Positions 37,324-47,220 of a DNA stretch of 64,000 nucleotides are shown piece by piece. The notes under the pieces are model-generated. The model did not search any database, was not told the DNA's origin, and worked only from the letters and a program-made list of their open reading frames with translations. The DNA lies in contig BEHE01000003.1 of assembly GCA_002898395.1 (NCBI GenBank), positions 1 to 64,000 on the forward strand, in the 5' to 3' direction. A program made the position numbers and the translations under genes. Position 1 is the first letter of the stretch. Every line of letters begins with the position of its first letter. This DNA is from Candidatus Calditenuaceae archaeon HR02 (lineage in GTDB: Archaea > Thermoproteota > Nitrososphaeria_A > Caldarchaeales > Calditenuaceae).

Positions 37324-38154
37324 TTGGTGGAGTTGGTCTTGAAGGTCGCCGTGCTCCAGCTAGCCTTAAGGGAGGATCAGGAGGAGAGGCTCAAAGAGGT
37401 GGAAGCGTTAATCAAACTCCTTCACAATCGCGAACCAGACATATTCTTATTGCCGGAAGCGTGGATTAGTCCCGACCCCCTAAACAATCTGGGAAGAGCT
37501 GTGGCTGAGAGCAATGTGGCGATAGAGAGGCTGCAAAAACTTGCGGAAGAGCATGGAGCCGCCATACTTGGCGGTGGCCTATACCTCGCCAGGGAGGAGA
37601 AGGTTCATGTCGCCTGCCCAATAATCAGCAGTAACGGAGAGGTTATCGGATTTCAAGAAAAGATACACCTGTATAGGCGCGAGAACGGCATAATCCAGAG
37701 AGGCGAGGCCTTCAAAACATTTATGGTCAAAGGGGTGAAGATAGGAGTAGTAATCTGCCACGACCTCGTCTACCCCGAGGCTGTTAGGACGCTCACCCTA
37801 GCCGATGCCCAGATCATATTCAACCCTGCAAGAATACCATCCCACGGAAAAGAAGCATGGCACCTCTACCTTAAAGTCAGGAGCCTCGAGAACCGGATAC
37901 CACTCTACGCAGCAAACCTCTGGTCACCGCCGAAATATTCGGGCGGCTCCTGCTCAGTCAAGCCAATCCACTACGGCGATGAGATATATCTCCCAGAGCT
38001 AATAGAGGCTAGACCGGGTGTATCCGCCGTTATGGATGAAGTGGACGAGAAGGCGTTGGGTGAAGCGAGGCGTAAGAGACTGGGTGGAAGAATACCGCAT
38101 GCCTACTACGCGCCAAGTGGCGGAACGATTATTGGTATTGGTGATGGATACTGA
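37324..38154 (+). CDS. Carbon-nitrogen hydrolase (nitrilase/amidase)
   Basis: Catalytic triad in LPE, EKIHL and ICHD; RSLEN. Confidence 0.92.
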   Translation: MVELVLKVAVLQLALREDQEERLKEVEALIKLLHNREPDIFLLPEAWISPDPLNNLGRAVAESNVAIERLQKLAEEHGAAILGGGLYLAREEKVHVACPIISSNGEVIGFQEKIHLYRRENGIIQRGEAFKTFMVKGVKIGVVICHDLVYPEAVRTLTLADAQIIFNPARIPSHGKEAWHLYLKVRSLENRIPLYAANLWSPPKYSGGSCSVKPIHYGDEIYLPELIEARPGVSAVMDEVDEKALGEARRKRLGGRIPHAYYAPSGGTIIGIGDGY

Positions 38155-38222
38155 GCGAGGGTGAGGGGAGGCTATATAGGAAGCTAAGCCGGGCAGAAGC
38201 CCTAGCAGACATAAAGAATAGA

Positions 38223-38981
38223 ATGCTGGAGAAGGACCGCTCACTGGACTCTTCCGCCTTCGAGGAGGTCTTTGACCGGGTCACACTCCAGTCACTATAC
38301 GAGTTGATAAGGCGTGGCGTCTTCGAAGATTTTTACGGAGTTGTCAGCGCAGGTAAGGAGTCGAGAATATATTATGCACGGAGTAGGGATAGTGCAGAGC
38401 TAGCGGTCAAGATTTACCTGGTAAACAACACCGAGTTCCGAAGAACGCGGATGATATACGTGGCTGGTGATCACGACTTCGAGAAACCGGGGCTTGGTCT
38501 GAGGAAATTCATAGATGCTTGGGCTAAGCGAGAATTTAGGAACTTGAAAACAGCTTTCGAAGCAGATATTCCTGTCCCAAAGCCCTACACTGTCCATAGA
38601 AACATTCTTGTTATGTCTTTTCTGGGCTCGGATGGCGTTCGATACCCCCTGCTCCGCGAGACCAGATACAGTGTTGAGGAGTACTCCCAAATCTATGAAA
38701 GAGTCATCGACTACATCTTCAAACTCTACAGAAACGCTCGGCTGGTTCATAGCGACTTAAGCGAGTTTAACATCATGGCCCCCGACCCAAATACCGTCTA
38801 CTTCATAGACCTCTCACAGGCCGTCCCACTAACAAACACATACGCTCATATCCTCCTCATGAGGGACTTGAGAAACGTAAATCGCTTCTTCTCCAGCATG
38901 GGTGCCGAAACCTGGGAGGAAGACTCCCTATTCAGAGAGTTGACGGGCGAAGAGCCGCCATCAGGGCTTACACCTATATAA
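38223..38981 (+). CDS. rio1: RIO1 serine kinase
   Basis: SAGKES, AVKIY, HSDLSEFNI, IDLSQ. Confidence 0.93.
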   Translation: MLEKDRSLDSSAFEEVFDRVTLQSLYELIRRGVFEDFYGVVSAGKESRIYYARSRDSAELAVKIYLVNNTEFRRTRMIYVAGDHDFEKPGLGLRKFIDAWAKREFRNLKTAFEADIPVPKPYTVHRNILVMSFLGSDGVRYPLLRETRYSVEEYSQIYERVIDYIFKLYRNARLVHSDLSEFNIMAPDPNTVYFIDLSQAVPLTNTYAHILLMRDLRNVNRFFSSMGAETWEEDSLFRELTGEEPPSGLTPI

Positions 38982-39005
38982 GGAAAACAACTTATCTTCA
39001 GTAGC

Positions 39006-39410
39006 ATGACGCAGTGGCACACGGACTCTCATAAGCGTAAAAGGAGCGGCGGCAAGAAGGGGGTACATCGGAAGAAGAGGAGGTATGAGAGGGGAAGAGA
39101 CATGATATTCTGCACTATTGGGGAGCCAGAGAGGATAAGCATCAGGACTCGAGGTGGCGGAATTAAACAGATACTGAAATCCGATAGGCTTGCTAACGTC
39201 TACGACCCCACTAGCAGGAGAATTATCAGAACAGAGATACTTGGTGTGAGATCCAACCCGGCGAACAGTGATTTTGAGAGGAGGGGTGTGATAACGAGGG
39301 GAGCGATAATAGAGACCAAGCTTGGAGATGCCAGAGTTACATCAAAACCGGGCTCTGATGGTGTGATAAACGCTGTTTTGATAAAGACTGTCTCAACCAG
39401 TCCAGCATGA
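39006..39410 (+). CDS. rps8e: 30S ribosomal protein S8e
   Basis: RKKRRYERGR, RTRGG, VTSKPGSDGVINAV. Confidence 0.97.
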   Translation: MTQWHTDSHKRKRSGGKKGVHRKKRRYERGRDMIFCTIGEPERISIRTRGGGIKQILKSDRLANVYDPTSRRIIRTEILGVRSNPANSDFERRGVITRGAIIETKLGDARVTSKPGSDGVINAVLIKTVSTSPA

Positions 39411-39691
39411 TACGGAGAGAGGGCTACATCATATGGACTATGTATTTCGACGCAGCCCTGAGCAGGTCTAAGGGCAGGCGAGTACCTTTAAAGCTAGCAG
39501 TCAAGAACCCCACACAAGAAATCCTAGTCAGATCGCTGCAAAGGCTGGGGTGGCAGTACGAGACTCTAGATAAAAGCCATCCAGCAGCGTGGTGGAGGAA
39601 AAAAGCCTCAATCCTGGTTAAGCCGCCTAAAAAAATTAAGAAGACTGAAGCCATAAGACTGATTGCGCAGCATATATGGGATAAGCGTTGA
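39407..39691 (+). CDS. srp19: Signal recognition particle protein SRP19
   Basis: IIWTMYFDAALSRSKGRRVP. Confidence 0.93.
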   Translation: MIRREGYIIWTMYFDAALSRSKGRRVPLKLAVKNPTQEILVRSLQRLGWQYETLDKSHPAAWWRKKASILVKPPKKIKKTEAIRLIAQHIWDKR

Positions 39692-39969
39692 ATCAGGAGG
39701 GGCTGGTACCCCTTGGAGAGGTTTTCAGAATATTCCGGGGAAGTGTCCTCTTAAAGGGTAGTGTTGTGCCGAGGCTAGGTGAAACAGTATATACCACCGA
39801 CGGCGAAGTCATAGGCTATGTCTCAGACATATTCGGCAAAATAAGCGGCTTCTATATTCTTGTAAGGCTAACCAGCGAGAAGATAGAGGTCGAGATAGGC
39901 GAGAAGCTCTATCTTCAAGGCAAGACAGGCCCTGTAAGCCCCTCAGGGAAAGCTAAGCCGCAGTTGTAA
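39688..39969 (+). CDS. gar1: H/ACA RNP protein Gar1
   Basis: PRLGETV...IGYVSDIFG; located after srp19. Confidence 0.8.
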   Translation: MNQEGLVPLGEVFRIFRGSVLLKGSVVPRLGETVYTTDGEVIGYVSDIFGKISGFYILVRLTSEKIEVEIGEKLYLQGKTGPVSPSGKAKPQL

Positions 39970-40399
39970 TTTTTCTAAGATTGTTGACAAGCTCCTTTAC
40001 CTTGGACTTGGCTACGTCCTGAATAATCCTTGCGCCTAGGCTTGCCGCGGCACCTCCTACAGTCACATCAGAGACCCATCTCACTTCAGAGAGTCTCTCC
40101 CCCTTTTCGACGATTTCTAAGTCTATTTTCAAATCGATTGTCGACTGCATGCCCGACCCCCTCCCCGCAAGGGTTACGTGGCTTGGCTCCCTCAAATCAA
40201 TGTATGTGAAGTCCATCTTTATGGTGCCGCTTAAAACTCCAAGCTTCACCTTAAACTCAGCCTCAAACCCCCGGTCTGACTTAATGTCTAGTTTTTTTAG
40301 ATCGGGTATTGCCTTACTGATCTGCTTCGGGTTCGTTACCAGCTGCCAGACTTTCTGAGCTGGAAGAGGAGTCTCAAAAGACCCTTCTAGCCTCATCAC
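39953..40399 (-). CDS. coxG: CoxG-like SRPBCC protein
   Basis: VWQLVTNP..I...IP and VGGAAASLGARII. Confidence 0.82.
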   Translation of the reverse strand: MMRLEGSFETPLPAQKVWQLVTNPKQISKAIPDLKKLDIKSDRGFEAEFKVKLGVLSGTIKMDFTYIDLREPSHVTLAGRGSGMQSTIDLKIDLEIVEKGERLSEVRWVSDVTVGGAAASLGARIIQDVAKSKVKELVNNLRKITTAA

Positions 40400-40409
40400 G
40401 ACCTAATGC

Positions 40410-40517
40410 TTCTGCCCCATAAATAAACCATGCCTGTTAACTTGGAATTACTTGACTCCGAACACCCAAACTAGCTTCCTAAGCATGCCCTTCACCATCT
40501 CTTTCTGCCCCATAAAT
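40410..40517. repeat. 15-bp exact direct repeat in the coxG/coxD divergent intergenic region
   Basis: TTCTGCCCCATAAAT at 40410-40424 and 40503-40517. Confidence 0.8.
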
Positions 40518-40593
40518 CTACCGAGAATATAAGATGAGGGAAAAGTTTTATTAATTCAGTCAACAAGAAAGATTTGGATGGTGTATCAATAGG

Positions 40594-41499
40594 TTGTCTA
40601 AAGCCGATTTTCTTGAGGGCCTAACGATAGATACTCTGATCGAAAGGCTCGAGAAGCACCTTTACGTCGCAGACAGAAGTCTAGCTACAGCGCTCTATCT
40701 CGCCATTAAGATGAATAAGCCCCTCCTCATTGAGGGTGAGCCCGGGTGCGGGAAGACAGAGATTGCCAAGGTGCTTGCAGAGGTTCTACAGACAGACCTG
40801 ATACGGCTCCAATGCTACGAGGGCCTCGACGCCTCCGACGCCATATATGAGTGGAACTATCCTAAGCAGCTCCTCTACATCAGGCTGCTGGAGAATAAGG
40901 GTGACTTAAGGGATGTAGAGTCGGAGATATTCAGCGAGAAGTTCCTTCTTAAGCGGCCGCTCTTAGCGGCCGTAATGCATGAGGGCGAGATTCCGCCGGT
41001 TCTCCTAATAGATGAGATTGATAGGGCCGACGAGGAGTTTGAGGGGTTCCTACTTGAATTTTTAGCCGAGTTTCAAGTTACAATACCTGAGATAGGGACT
41101 ATCAAGTGCAAGAAGCAGCCTATAGTCATACTTACCTCGAATAGGACTAGGGAGATTGGTGACGGCTTAAAGAGGCGCTGCCTCTACTATTATCAGTCTT
41201 ACCCGAGTAGGGAAAAGGAGTTAAAGATATTGAAGCTGAAGGTAAGGGGGCTGGACGAGTCTGTTATGGCGAAGATAGTCGACTTCGTGAATGTCGTTAG
41301 ACAGAGGCCTGAGATTTCAAAAAAGCCTGGTATCTCCGAGTCCCTCGACTGGGCAAACGCGCTGGCCAGGCTGTCAGCGAGGGATCTCAACAGAGATACT
41401 GTAATGGCTACTCTCTCTTGTATAATCAAGACTCAAGAGGACTTAATGAGAATGGATGTTGACTCAATCCTCTCCATGATAGGGGGTAAAAGCGGCTAA
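40594..41499 (+). CDS. coxD: CoxD-like MoxR AAA+ ATPase
   Basis: GEPGCGKT, RLQCYEGLD, LLIDEID, LKRRC. Confidence 0.88.
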   Translation: MSKADFLEGLTIDTLIERLEKHLYVADRSLATALYLAIKMNKPLLIEGEPGCGKTEIAKVLAEVLQTDLIRLQCYEGLDASDAIYEWNYPKQLLYIRLLENKGDLRDVESEIFSEKFLLKRPLLAAVMHEGEIPPVLLIDEIDRADEEFEGFLLEFLAEFQVTIPEIGTIKCKKQPIVILTSNRTREIGDGLKRRCLYYYQSYPSREKELKILKLKVRGLDESVMAKIVDFVNVVRQRPEISKKPGISESLDWANALARLSARDLNRDTVMATLSCIIKTQEDLMRMDVDSILSMIGGKSG

Positions 41500-41501
41500 A
41501 G

Positions 41502-42662
41502 ATGCATCTCTACGACTTCGTCTGCGGGCTGGCGAGAAGCTTAAGGATGCAGGGTCTAAAAGTTGGCGTCTCAGAGTCTATCGACGCATGCCAGGCCATC
41601 GGCCTTGTGATTGATCGGGGCTTCGAAGATATACTGACCGCGATACGCGTTACAATGGTGAAAGACCCCTCAAAGTATCATCTCATCGAGCAGGCTCTCG
41701 AGTATGTTGCCTCGGGAGGCGGCGCGTCGGGGGAAGGAGAGTCTGGTGAGGGGGGTAGTGAAGGCTCTGAGTATGCTCTTCAGCCGATGGGTATGTCTAG
41801 AGGCTCGGGGCAAGACCAGAATAGCGCCTCGACTCAGTTCGTCATGTATAGTCCTGCTGAGTCGCTGCACAGGAGGAGCCTAAGGCCAATAGACGTTCAT
41901 GCCCTGAAGACCGGTAAAAGGATAATCAAGAGGATGCGCCGGAGGCTAGCTGTCCTTCCCGGTAGGCGCTCAACCGCCTCAAAGAAGGGCGATATAGCGT
42001 TTGCAAAGACCATCAGGCACAGTTTTAGAACTTTTGGAGAGATAATGGCGCTGAGAAAATCCACCAAGATTCTCTCACGCGCGAGGCTGGTGGCTCTTAT
42101 CGACATAAGCGGCTCAATGGACACGTATACGGACTGGCTTGTCAGGGCCATGTATCTATTCAGCAGGTTCACTCGTCGCGTGGAGGTGTTCGTGTTCAGT
42201 ACTAGGTTGAGGCGCATAACGGATCTTCTCGCAATAACAGACTTCGACGAGATAAGGAGGAGATTATCAAGCGAGGTTGACTTGTGGGGGAGTGGTACAC
42301 GTATAGGCTACAGCCTGAAAATATTCATAGACAATTATGGCAACATGCTGAACAGGAGCTGGATAGCGGTTATAGTTAGTGATGGCTGGGATACAGGTGA
42401 ACCCGAATTGCTGAAGTGGAGCATGAGCAATCTGAGGCAAAGAGTAGGACGGATAATATGGCTGAACCCACACACAGATAAGCCAAACTTCAGGCCCCTC
42501 ACAATAGGTATGACGACAGCCCTCCCCTACATCGACGTTTTGGCAGGCATGAGCGTGCTCGAGGACTATAGCTCATTTCTGAGGTTCTTCGGAAAGTCGA
42601 TTAAACCATTGAGGCGTGGTGAAAGCCTTGTCAGACGCCAGCCCGAGAGACTGGCGTTATAG
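41502..42662 (+). CDS. coxE: CoxE-like VWA domain protein
   Basis: DISGSM (MIDAS), GTRIG, SDGWDTG, WLNP. Confidence 0.88.
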   Translation: MHLYDFVCGLARSLRMQGLKVGVSESIDACQAIGLVIDRGFEDILTAIRVTMVKDPSKYHLIEQALEYVASGGGASGEGESGEGGSEGSEYALQPMGMSRGSGQDQNSASTQFVMYSPAESLHRRSLRPIDVHALKTGKRIIKRMRRRLAVLPGRRSTASKKGDIAFAKTIRHSFRTFGEIMALRKSTKILSRARLVALIDISGSMDTYTDWLVRAMYLFSRFTRRVEVFVFSTRLRRITDLLAITDFDEIRRRLSSEVDLWGSGTRIGYSLKIFIDNYGNMLNRSWIAVIVSDGWDTGEPELLKWSMSNLRQRVGRIIWLNPHTDKPNFRPLTIGMTTALPYIDVLAGMSVLEDYSSFLRFFGKSIKPLRRGESLVRRQPERLAL

Positions 42663-43923
42663 GAGGATATCAAAATTCAGCGAGGTTGAAGAAGTCCTAG
42701 CCGAGGTCACGCAACGTATAGCTGTGAAACTGGGTACGGTTAACTTGAGGCCTAGGTATGCCGTGGGCCATGTATTGGCGGAGGATGTTTTTGCGCGCTT
42801 CGATTTACCGCCTTTCCACATGTCTCATGTCGATGGGTTCGCGGCCCGGAGCTCAGACCTTACTGGTGCTTCTGAGGACGCGCCTGTAGGGCTTGTTGTC
42901 GAAGGACATATTGGGCCCGGAGAGCGTGGGGGGAGGATAGGGCCGGGCAGTACTTTTAGAATTCACACTGGGGGGTATCTCCCCGAAGGCGCTGACACGG
43001 TTATCCCGCAGGAGGATGTCTTCACCGACGGCTCGAAGATCTATGTCCTTCGCCCATATCGCCCATTTGAGAATGTGGTCCCAGCTGGCAGTGACGTGCG
43101 TCAGGGCCAGTTATTGGCTAGGAGGGGGGATGTCTTGTCAGCGGCTAAGGCCTCCCTATTTGAGACGCTCAGGATATACGAGGTTGGTGTTCGTGAGGCT
43201 CCTAGAGTCACAGTACTCTCCTTCGGGGACGAACTCACCGATAATCCCGCCGAGGCTGAGAGCGGAAGAAAGATTCTGAATACACACGCGGTATTAGTTT
43301 CACAAATGGCTCGAGCCCTTGGGTGTGAGCTTATAGGAAACGCTATTGTTCCAGATAGGCTGGAGGCTGTTGGGGCAGCCATAGATCAGGGGATAAAAAA
43401 TTCTCACTGCGTCTTAACAATTGGTGGGTCAAGTGTGGGTGACATCGACTTGGTTGGTGCTGAGCTTGGTAAGCGTGCGGAGCTTTTCATACAGGGACTT
43501 AAGTTACAGCCTGGCAGGGTGGGTGGGGTAGCGTTGATAGGGGGTAAGCCCTTAATAATGCTTCCAGGTCTCATACACTCTACTGTCAATGTCTTTAACT
43601 ATCTTGCGGCGCCAGTATTGCTGCATATGCTTGAAGCTAGCGTGGAGCAATTCGTCATAAAGGTAGATGCATATTTGGCGGAAACTGTAGAGTTTCAGCG
43701 CTGGATCGACTTCAGAAGGATTGTCTGGGTCACTCTAAAGCGGCGGGATGGTGAAGGGTATAAGGCACACCCAAATGTTGCAGACGCCTCTAACATCTCG
43801 TCAATCGCCTATTCACATGGATTCATAGAAGTGCCACCCAATAAGCCGGTCGTCGCTAAGGGAGAAAGAGTGGTGGTTAGGATTCCACTCTGGATTACGC
43901 GAAGCATCAAGGAGCCTGTCTAA
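42616..43923 (+). CDS. moeA: Molybdopterin molybdotransferase
   Basis: SHVDGFA, TGGYLPEGADTVIPQE, GDEL, GGSSVG. Confidence 0.9.
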   Translation: MVKALSDASPRDWRYRRISKFSEVEEVLAEVTQRIAVKLGTVNLRPRYAVGHVLAEDVFARFDLPPFHMSHVDGFAARSSDLTGASEDAPVGLVVEGHIGPGERGGRIGPGSTFRIHTGGYLPEGADTVIPQEDVFTDGSKIYVLRPYRPFENVVPAGSDVRQGQLLARRGDVLSAAKASLFETLRIYEVGVREAPRVTVLSFGDELTDNPAEAESGRKILNTHAVLVSQMARALGCELIGNAIVPDRLEAVGAAIDQGIKNSHCVLTIGGSSVGDIDLVGAELGKRAELFIQGLKLQPGRVGGVALIGGKPLIMLPGLIHSTVNVFNYLAAPVLLHMLEASVEQFVIKVDAYLAETVEFQRWIDFRRIVWVTLKRRDGEGYKAHPNVADASNISSIAYSHGFIEVPPNKPVVAKGERVVVRIPLWITRSIKEPV

Positions 43924-44011
43924 GCATACTGCCTGCGAATACAGGGATATTATCAATCTGGGCCGAGCAGATAGAGGTACTGCTTATTAAGACGCAGGAG
44001 TATGAAGTGTT

Positions 44012-45451
44012 GTGAAGCCCTCAGACCCTGAATACCGGGTTGAGAAAGACACGATGGGTGAGATGCGTGTCCCGGTAACCGCTTACTATGGCGCACAGAC
44101 TGCGAGGGCCCTTGAGAACTTCAAGTTTTCCCAACTTACTATGCCCCGCCAGTTCATTAAAGCCCTTGGGCTTATCAAGGCTGGCGCTGCGAAGGCTAAC
44201 ACCGAGCTTGGTTTGCTCCCTAAGCATATCGGAGATGCGATCTATAAGGCTGCACTAGAGGTTGCGGAGGGCCTCCATGACGACCAGTTCGTAGTGGATG
44301 TGTTCCAGACTGGGTCAGGCACCTCAACCAACATGAATGCGAACGAGGTAATAGCGAACAGGGCCTCTGAGCTGCTGGGCGGTAGGAGAGGCGACAAGAT
44401 GCTTGTCCACCCCAATGACCATGTCAACATGGGGCAGTCGACTAATGACGTGATACCCACCGCCATAAGGGTCGCCGTCGCATCCTTAATTCATGAAAAG
44501 CTCCTGAAGAGGCTTGACCTGCTGGCAAGCACCCTTGAACTCAAGGCCCAAGAGTTTAGGGATGTGGTCAAGAGCGGTAGGACACACCTTCAAGACGCCG
44601 TGCCTGTGACACTTGGTCAGGAGTTTAGTGCATATGCAGAGATGATGAGGAAGAGTGTCTATAGGGTTAGGAGGGCCTCAGAGGGTCTTCTCGAGCTACC
44701 TATAGGTGGTACAGCGGTTGGAACAAGTTTGAACGCTCATCCCGAATTTGCACCAAGGGTTGTGAAATTCCTCTCGGAGACCCTCGGCATACCATTTGTG
44801 ACTGCGAGGAACAGGTTTGAGGCGATGGGCAGCCAAGATGCATGTGTTGAGGTCAGTGGAACACTAAGGTGCGTGGCCGGTAGCATTCTAAAGATATGCA
44901 ATGACCTGCGACTCTTATCGTCTGGTCCGGTGACAGGGTTTGGAGAGATTGAGATACCGGCTGTCCAGCCGGGCTCCTCAATAATGCCCGGCAAGGTCAA
45001 CCCCGTGATCGTTGAAGCGTCAATGCTCGCGGCCTGCATGGTAATAGGCTATGACGCAGCGATCTTTGAGGCATCCCGTGTAGGCGAGCTTGAACTGAAC
45101 ATGGGCAACCCGCTCATCGCCTACTGCCTAATAAACTCCGTAGAGCTCCTGAGTAGAACTGCCCAACACCTCGCCGACAAGGTCATACCCGGAATTACGG
45201 CGAATGTGGAGAGGTGCAGGCTCTATGCGGAGAGCAGTCCAGCCACAATCACGGTGCTTGCCCCTCTGATCGGGTATGATAAAGCCGCTGAAATCGCTAG
45301 GAGGGCGATGGGTGAGAGGCGCTCGATAAAGGATATTGTCGTTGAGATGGGACTTATGAGCAGGGAGGAGATCGATAAGGTGTTTGACGTGAAGAGGATG
45401 ACTGAGGGTGGCATACTAGTGCTGAAGAGGGAGCAGGCTCCTCACGGATAG
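44012..45451 (+). CDS. fumC: Fumarate hydratase class II
   Basis: QTGSGTSTNMN, GRTHLQDA, GSSIMPGKVNP. Confidence 0.95.
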   Translation: MKPSDPEYRVEKDTMGEMRVPVTAYYGAQTARALENFKFSQLTMPRQFIKALGLIKAGAAKANTELGLLPKHIGDAIYKAALEVAEGLHDDQFVVDVFQTGSGTSTNMNANEVIANRASELLGGRRGDKMLVHPNDHVNMGQSTNDVIPTAIRVAVASLIHEKLLKRLDLLASTLELKAQEFRDVVKSGRTHLQDAVPVTLGQEFSAYAEMMRKSVYRVRRASEGLLELPIGGTAVGTSLNAHPEFAPRVVKFLSETLGIPFVTARNRFEAMGSQDACVEVSGTLRCVAGSILKICNDLRLLSSGPVTGFGEIEIPAVQPGSSIMPGKVNPVIVEASMLAACMVIGYDAAIFEASRVGELELNMGNPLIAYCLINSVELLSRTAQHLADKVIPGITANVERCRLYAESSPATITVLAPLIGYDKAAEIARRAMGERRSIKDIVVEMGLMSREEIDKVFDVKRMTEGGILVLKREQAPHG

Positions 45452-46650
45452 AGTATTGGCTCAGGGTCTATATCACCTAACTCCCTAATTTTTTCAAGCC
45501 TTGACATCAGATAGTCTCGGATAGCACGAGTGCTTGGAAGCTCGCCCACAATCTCGCCGTTGAGTATGAGGGGCTTCAACAGCCCCTCAACCGGTCTACC
45601 ACACCTCGGGCACCGTTCAAGCTTTTTCTCCCGAGGCACGACTGTGTCGTGGAACATTCCACACCTGTAGACCTGCTTGGGGGAGGGTAGCTTCCCCCTC
45701 TTAGACACGGGGCGGCCCTCAACCTCCACAATATCTAAGGCTAGGTCAATGGATGGTGGGAACGCTATCGAGGTTCCCACACCAAACCCGTCGGCAACAT
45801 CATAGAGCTCCTCAACTTCGCTTTCATCAATCCCACCGCTCACAAATATCCTGACATCCTTATAGCCGTTGACGGCGAGCGTCCACTTAACCTCCTCCAC
45901 AATCCTCCTCATATTCCCCCTCCTAGAAGAGGGGGTGTCTAGTCTGACACCGTAGAGCCTGTCTCCGAGCGTTCTTGCTGCAAGGAGGGCCTCCTCCCTC
46001 TCGTCTAGGAAGGTGTCGCAGAGCGCGATCCTTGGAACATCTTCGGGTATGGCCTCATCGAAGGACTTCCAAGCCTCTGTCTGGCTTCCCGAGACTATTA
46101 TCAGGGCGTGGGGCATTGTTCCTACAGGTCTCTCACCGATTAGCTCCGCCCCTAAAACCCCTGAGACTGCGTCGCAGCCGCCTATGAACGCCGCCCTATC
46201 TACCGCGGGCGCCACAGTCGGATGGACACATCTTATCCCAAAAAAGATCATCGTCTTTCCCCAGCCCTTCAGCCTAATCCTAGCCGCCTTAGTAGCCACG
46301 CTGGAGCCATGCCGTAGCATGCCCAGTATAGTGGACTCATAGACACCAAACTCGCCATAAGCACCTGAAACCTCTATCACAGGCTCGAAAGGCCTGAATA
46401 CCTCGCCCTCCCTCATCGAATAGACATCGACGCGTCTCCCCTCTAAGACTGCAACAACCTCCTCCACACCGGCCAAGACAGCCCACCGATACCCGCTTGG
46501 AAGACCGTAGGCGTGGACATCGGCAACTACCCTCCTGTCTAGGAGCCCCTTAGATGAGAGGACCTCCTGTGTCCTCAGAAAATATACATCGGTAACCTTT
46601 CCCCTCTTTATATCATCAACCGAAGCGGTGTAAACATTAGGCCTCGCCAA
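45442..46650 (-). CDS. pncB: Nicotinate phosphoribosyltransferase
   Basis: TDVYF, GTMPH, VRLDTPSSRRG, C-terminal Zn ribbon. Confidence 0.92.
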   Translation of the reverse strand: MARPNVYTASVDDIKRGKVTDVYFLRTQEVLSSKGLLDRRVVADVHAYGLPSGYRWAVLAGVEEVVAVLEGRRVDVYSMREGEVFRPFEPVIEVSGAYGEFGVYESTILGMLRHGSSVATKAARIRLKGWGKTMIFFGIRCVHPTVAPAVDRAAFIGGCDAVSGVLGAELIGERPVGTMPHALIIVSGSQTEAWKSFDEAIPEDVPRIALCDTFLDEREEALLAARTLGDRLYGVRLDTPSSRRGNMRRIVEEVKWTLAVNGYKDVRIFVSGGIDESEVEELYDVADGFGVGTSIAFPPSIDLALDIVEVEGRPVSKRGKLPSPKQVYRCGMFHDTVVPREKKLERCPRCGRPVEGLLKPLILNGEIVGELPSTRAIRDYLMSRLEKIRELGDIDPEPILYP

Positions 46651-46787
46651 AACACTTCAAGGCATCCACTAAGTAAAGGACGATAAAAACCCTTAAAAAA
46701 TCATCTCCAATCCCACACCCTACAAGGAGATGTGCCCTCCCCGGAAATAGGCCTTATAAACAGCCCGGAGGAAAGGGGCCTAAAGGA

Positions 46788-47207
46788 ATGCCGCGGTTCA
46801 GGCTACAGCTCAACAGGCCATACGGTGTAATCAGCGTAGAAGCCGAGAGCGTCGAGGAGATCGCCGCCTCTCTAAACAAGCTGGTAGAGCTCTCAAATAC
46901 TATTGACAAGAGCCTAGGCCTAGCCTCCCCTGCGGCTCAACAGCAGGCGCCCTCCCAAGGAAGGTCTAGGCGGAGGAGGGGCAGCTCAGAGGCAGTGCTG
47001 GCCCTTGACACAATTGAGAGGCAAATTTTAGGGTCCGGCTTCTTCTCAACTCCGCGCTCAACATCAGAGGTTAGGCAGAAGATCTATGAGTTGACAGGCC
47101 TAAGGCTTCAGAGCAGAAAGGTCAGCCAGGCGCTGGGGATATTATACGAGTCTAAGAAGATTATGAGGGTGGGGAGCAGAGGCAACTATAGATGGTTTGA
47201 GAAATAG
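46788..47207 (+). CDS. Hypothetical protein with C-terminal wHTH-like domain
   Basis: TATA box about 30 bp upstream; FFSTPRSTSEV...VSQALGILY pattern. Confidence 0.65.
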   Translation: MPRFRLQLNRPYGVISVEAESVEEIAASLNKLVELSNTIDKSLGLASPAAQQQAPSQGRSRRRRGSSEAVLALDTIERQILGSGFFSTPRSTSEVRQKIYELTGLRLQSRKVSQALGILYESKKIMRVGSRGNYRWFEK

Positions 47208-47220
47208 GCGGTCAGTAGGC

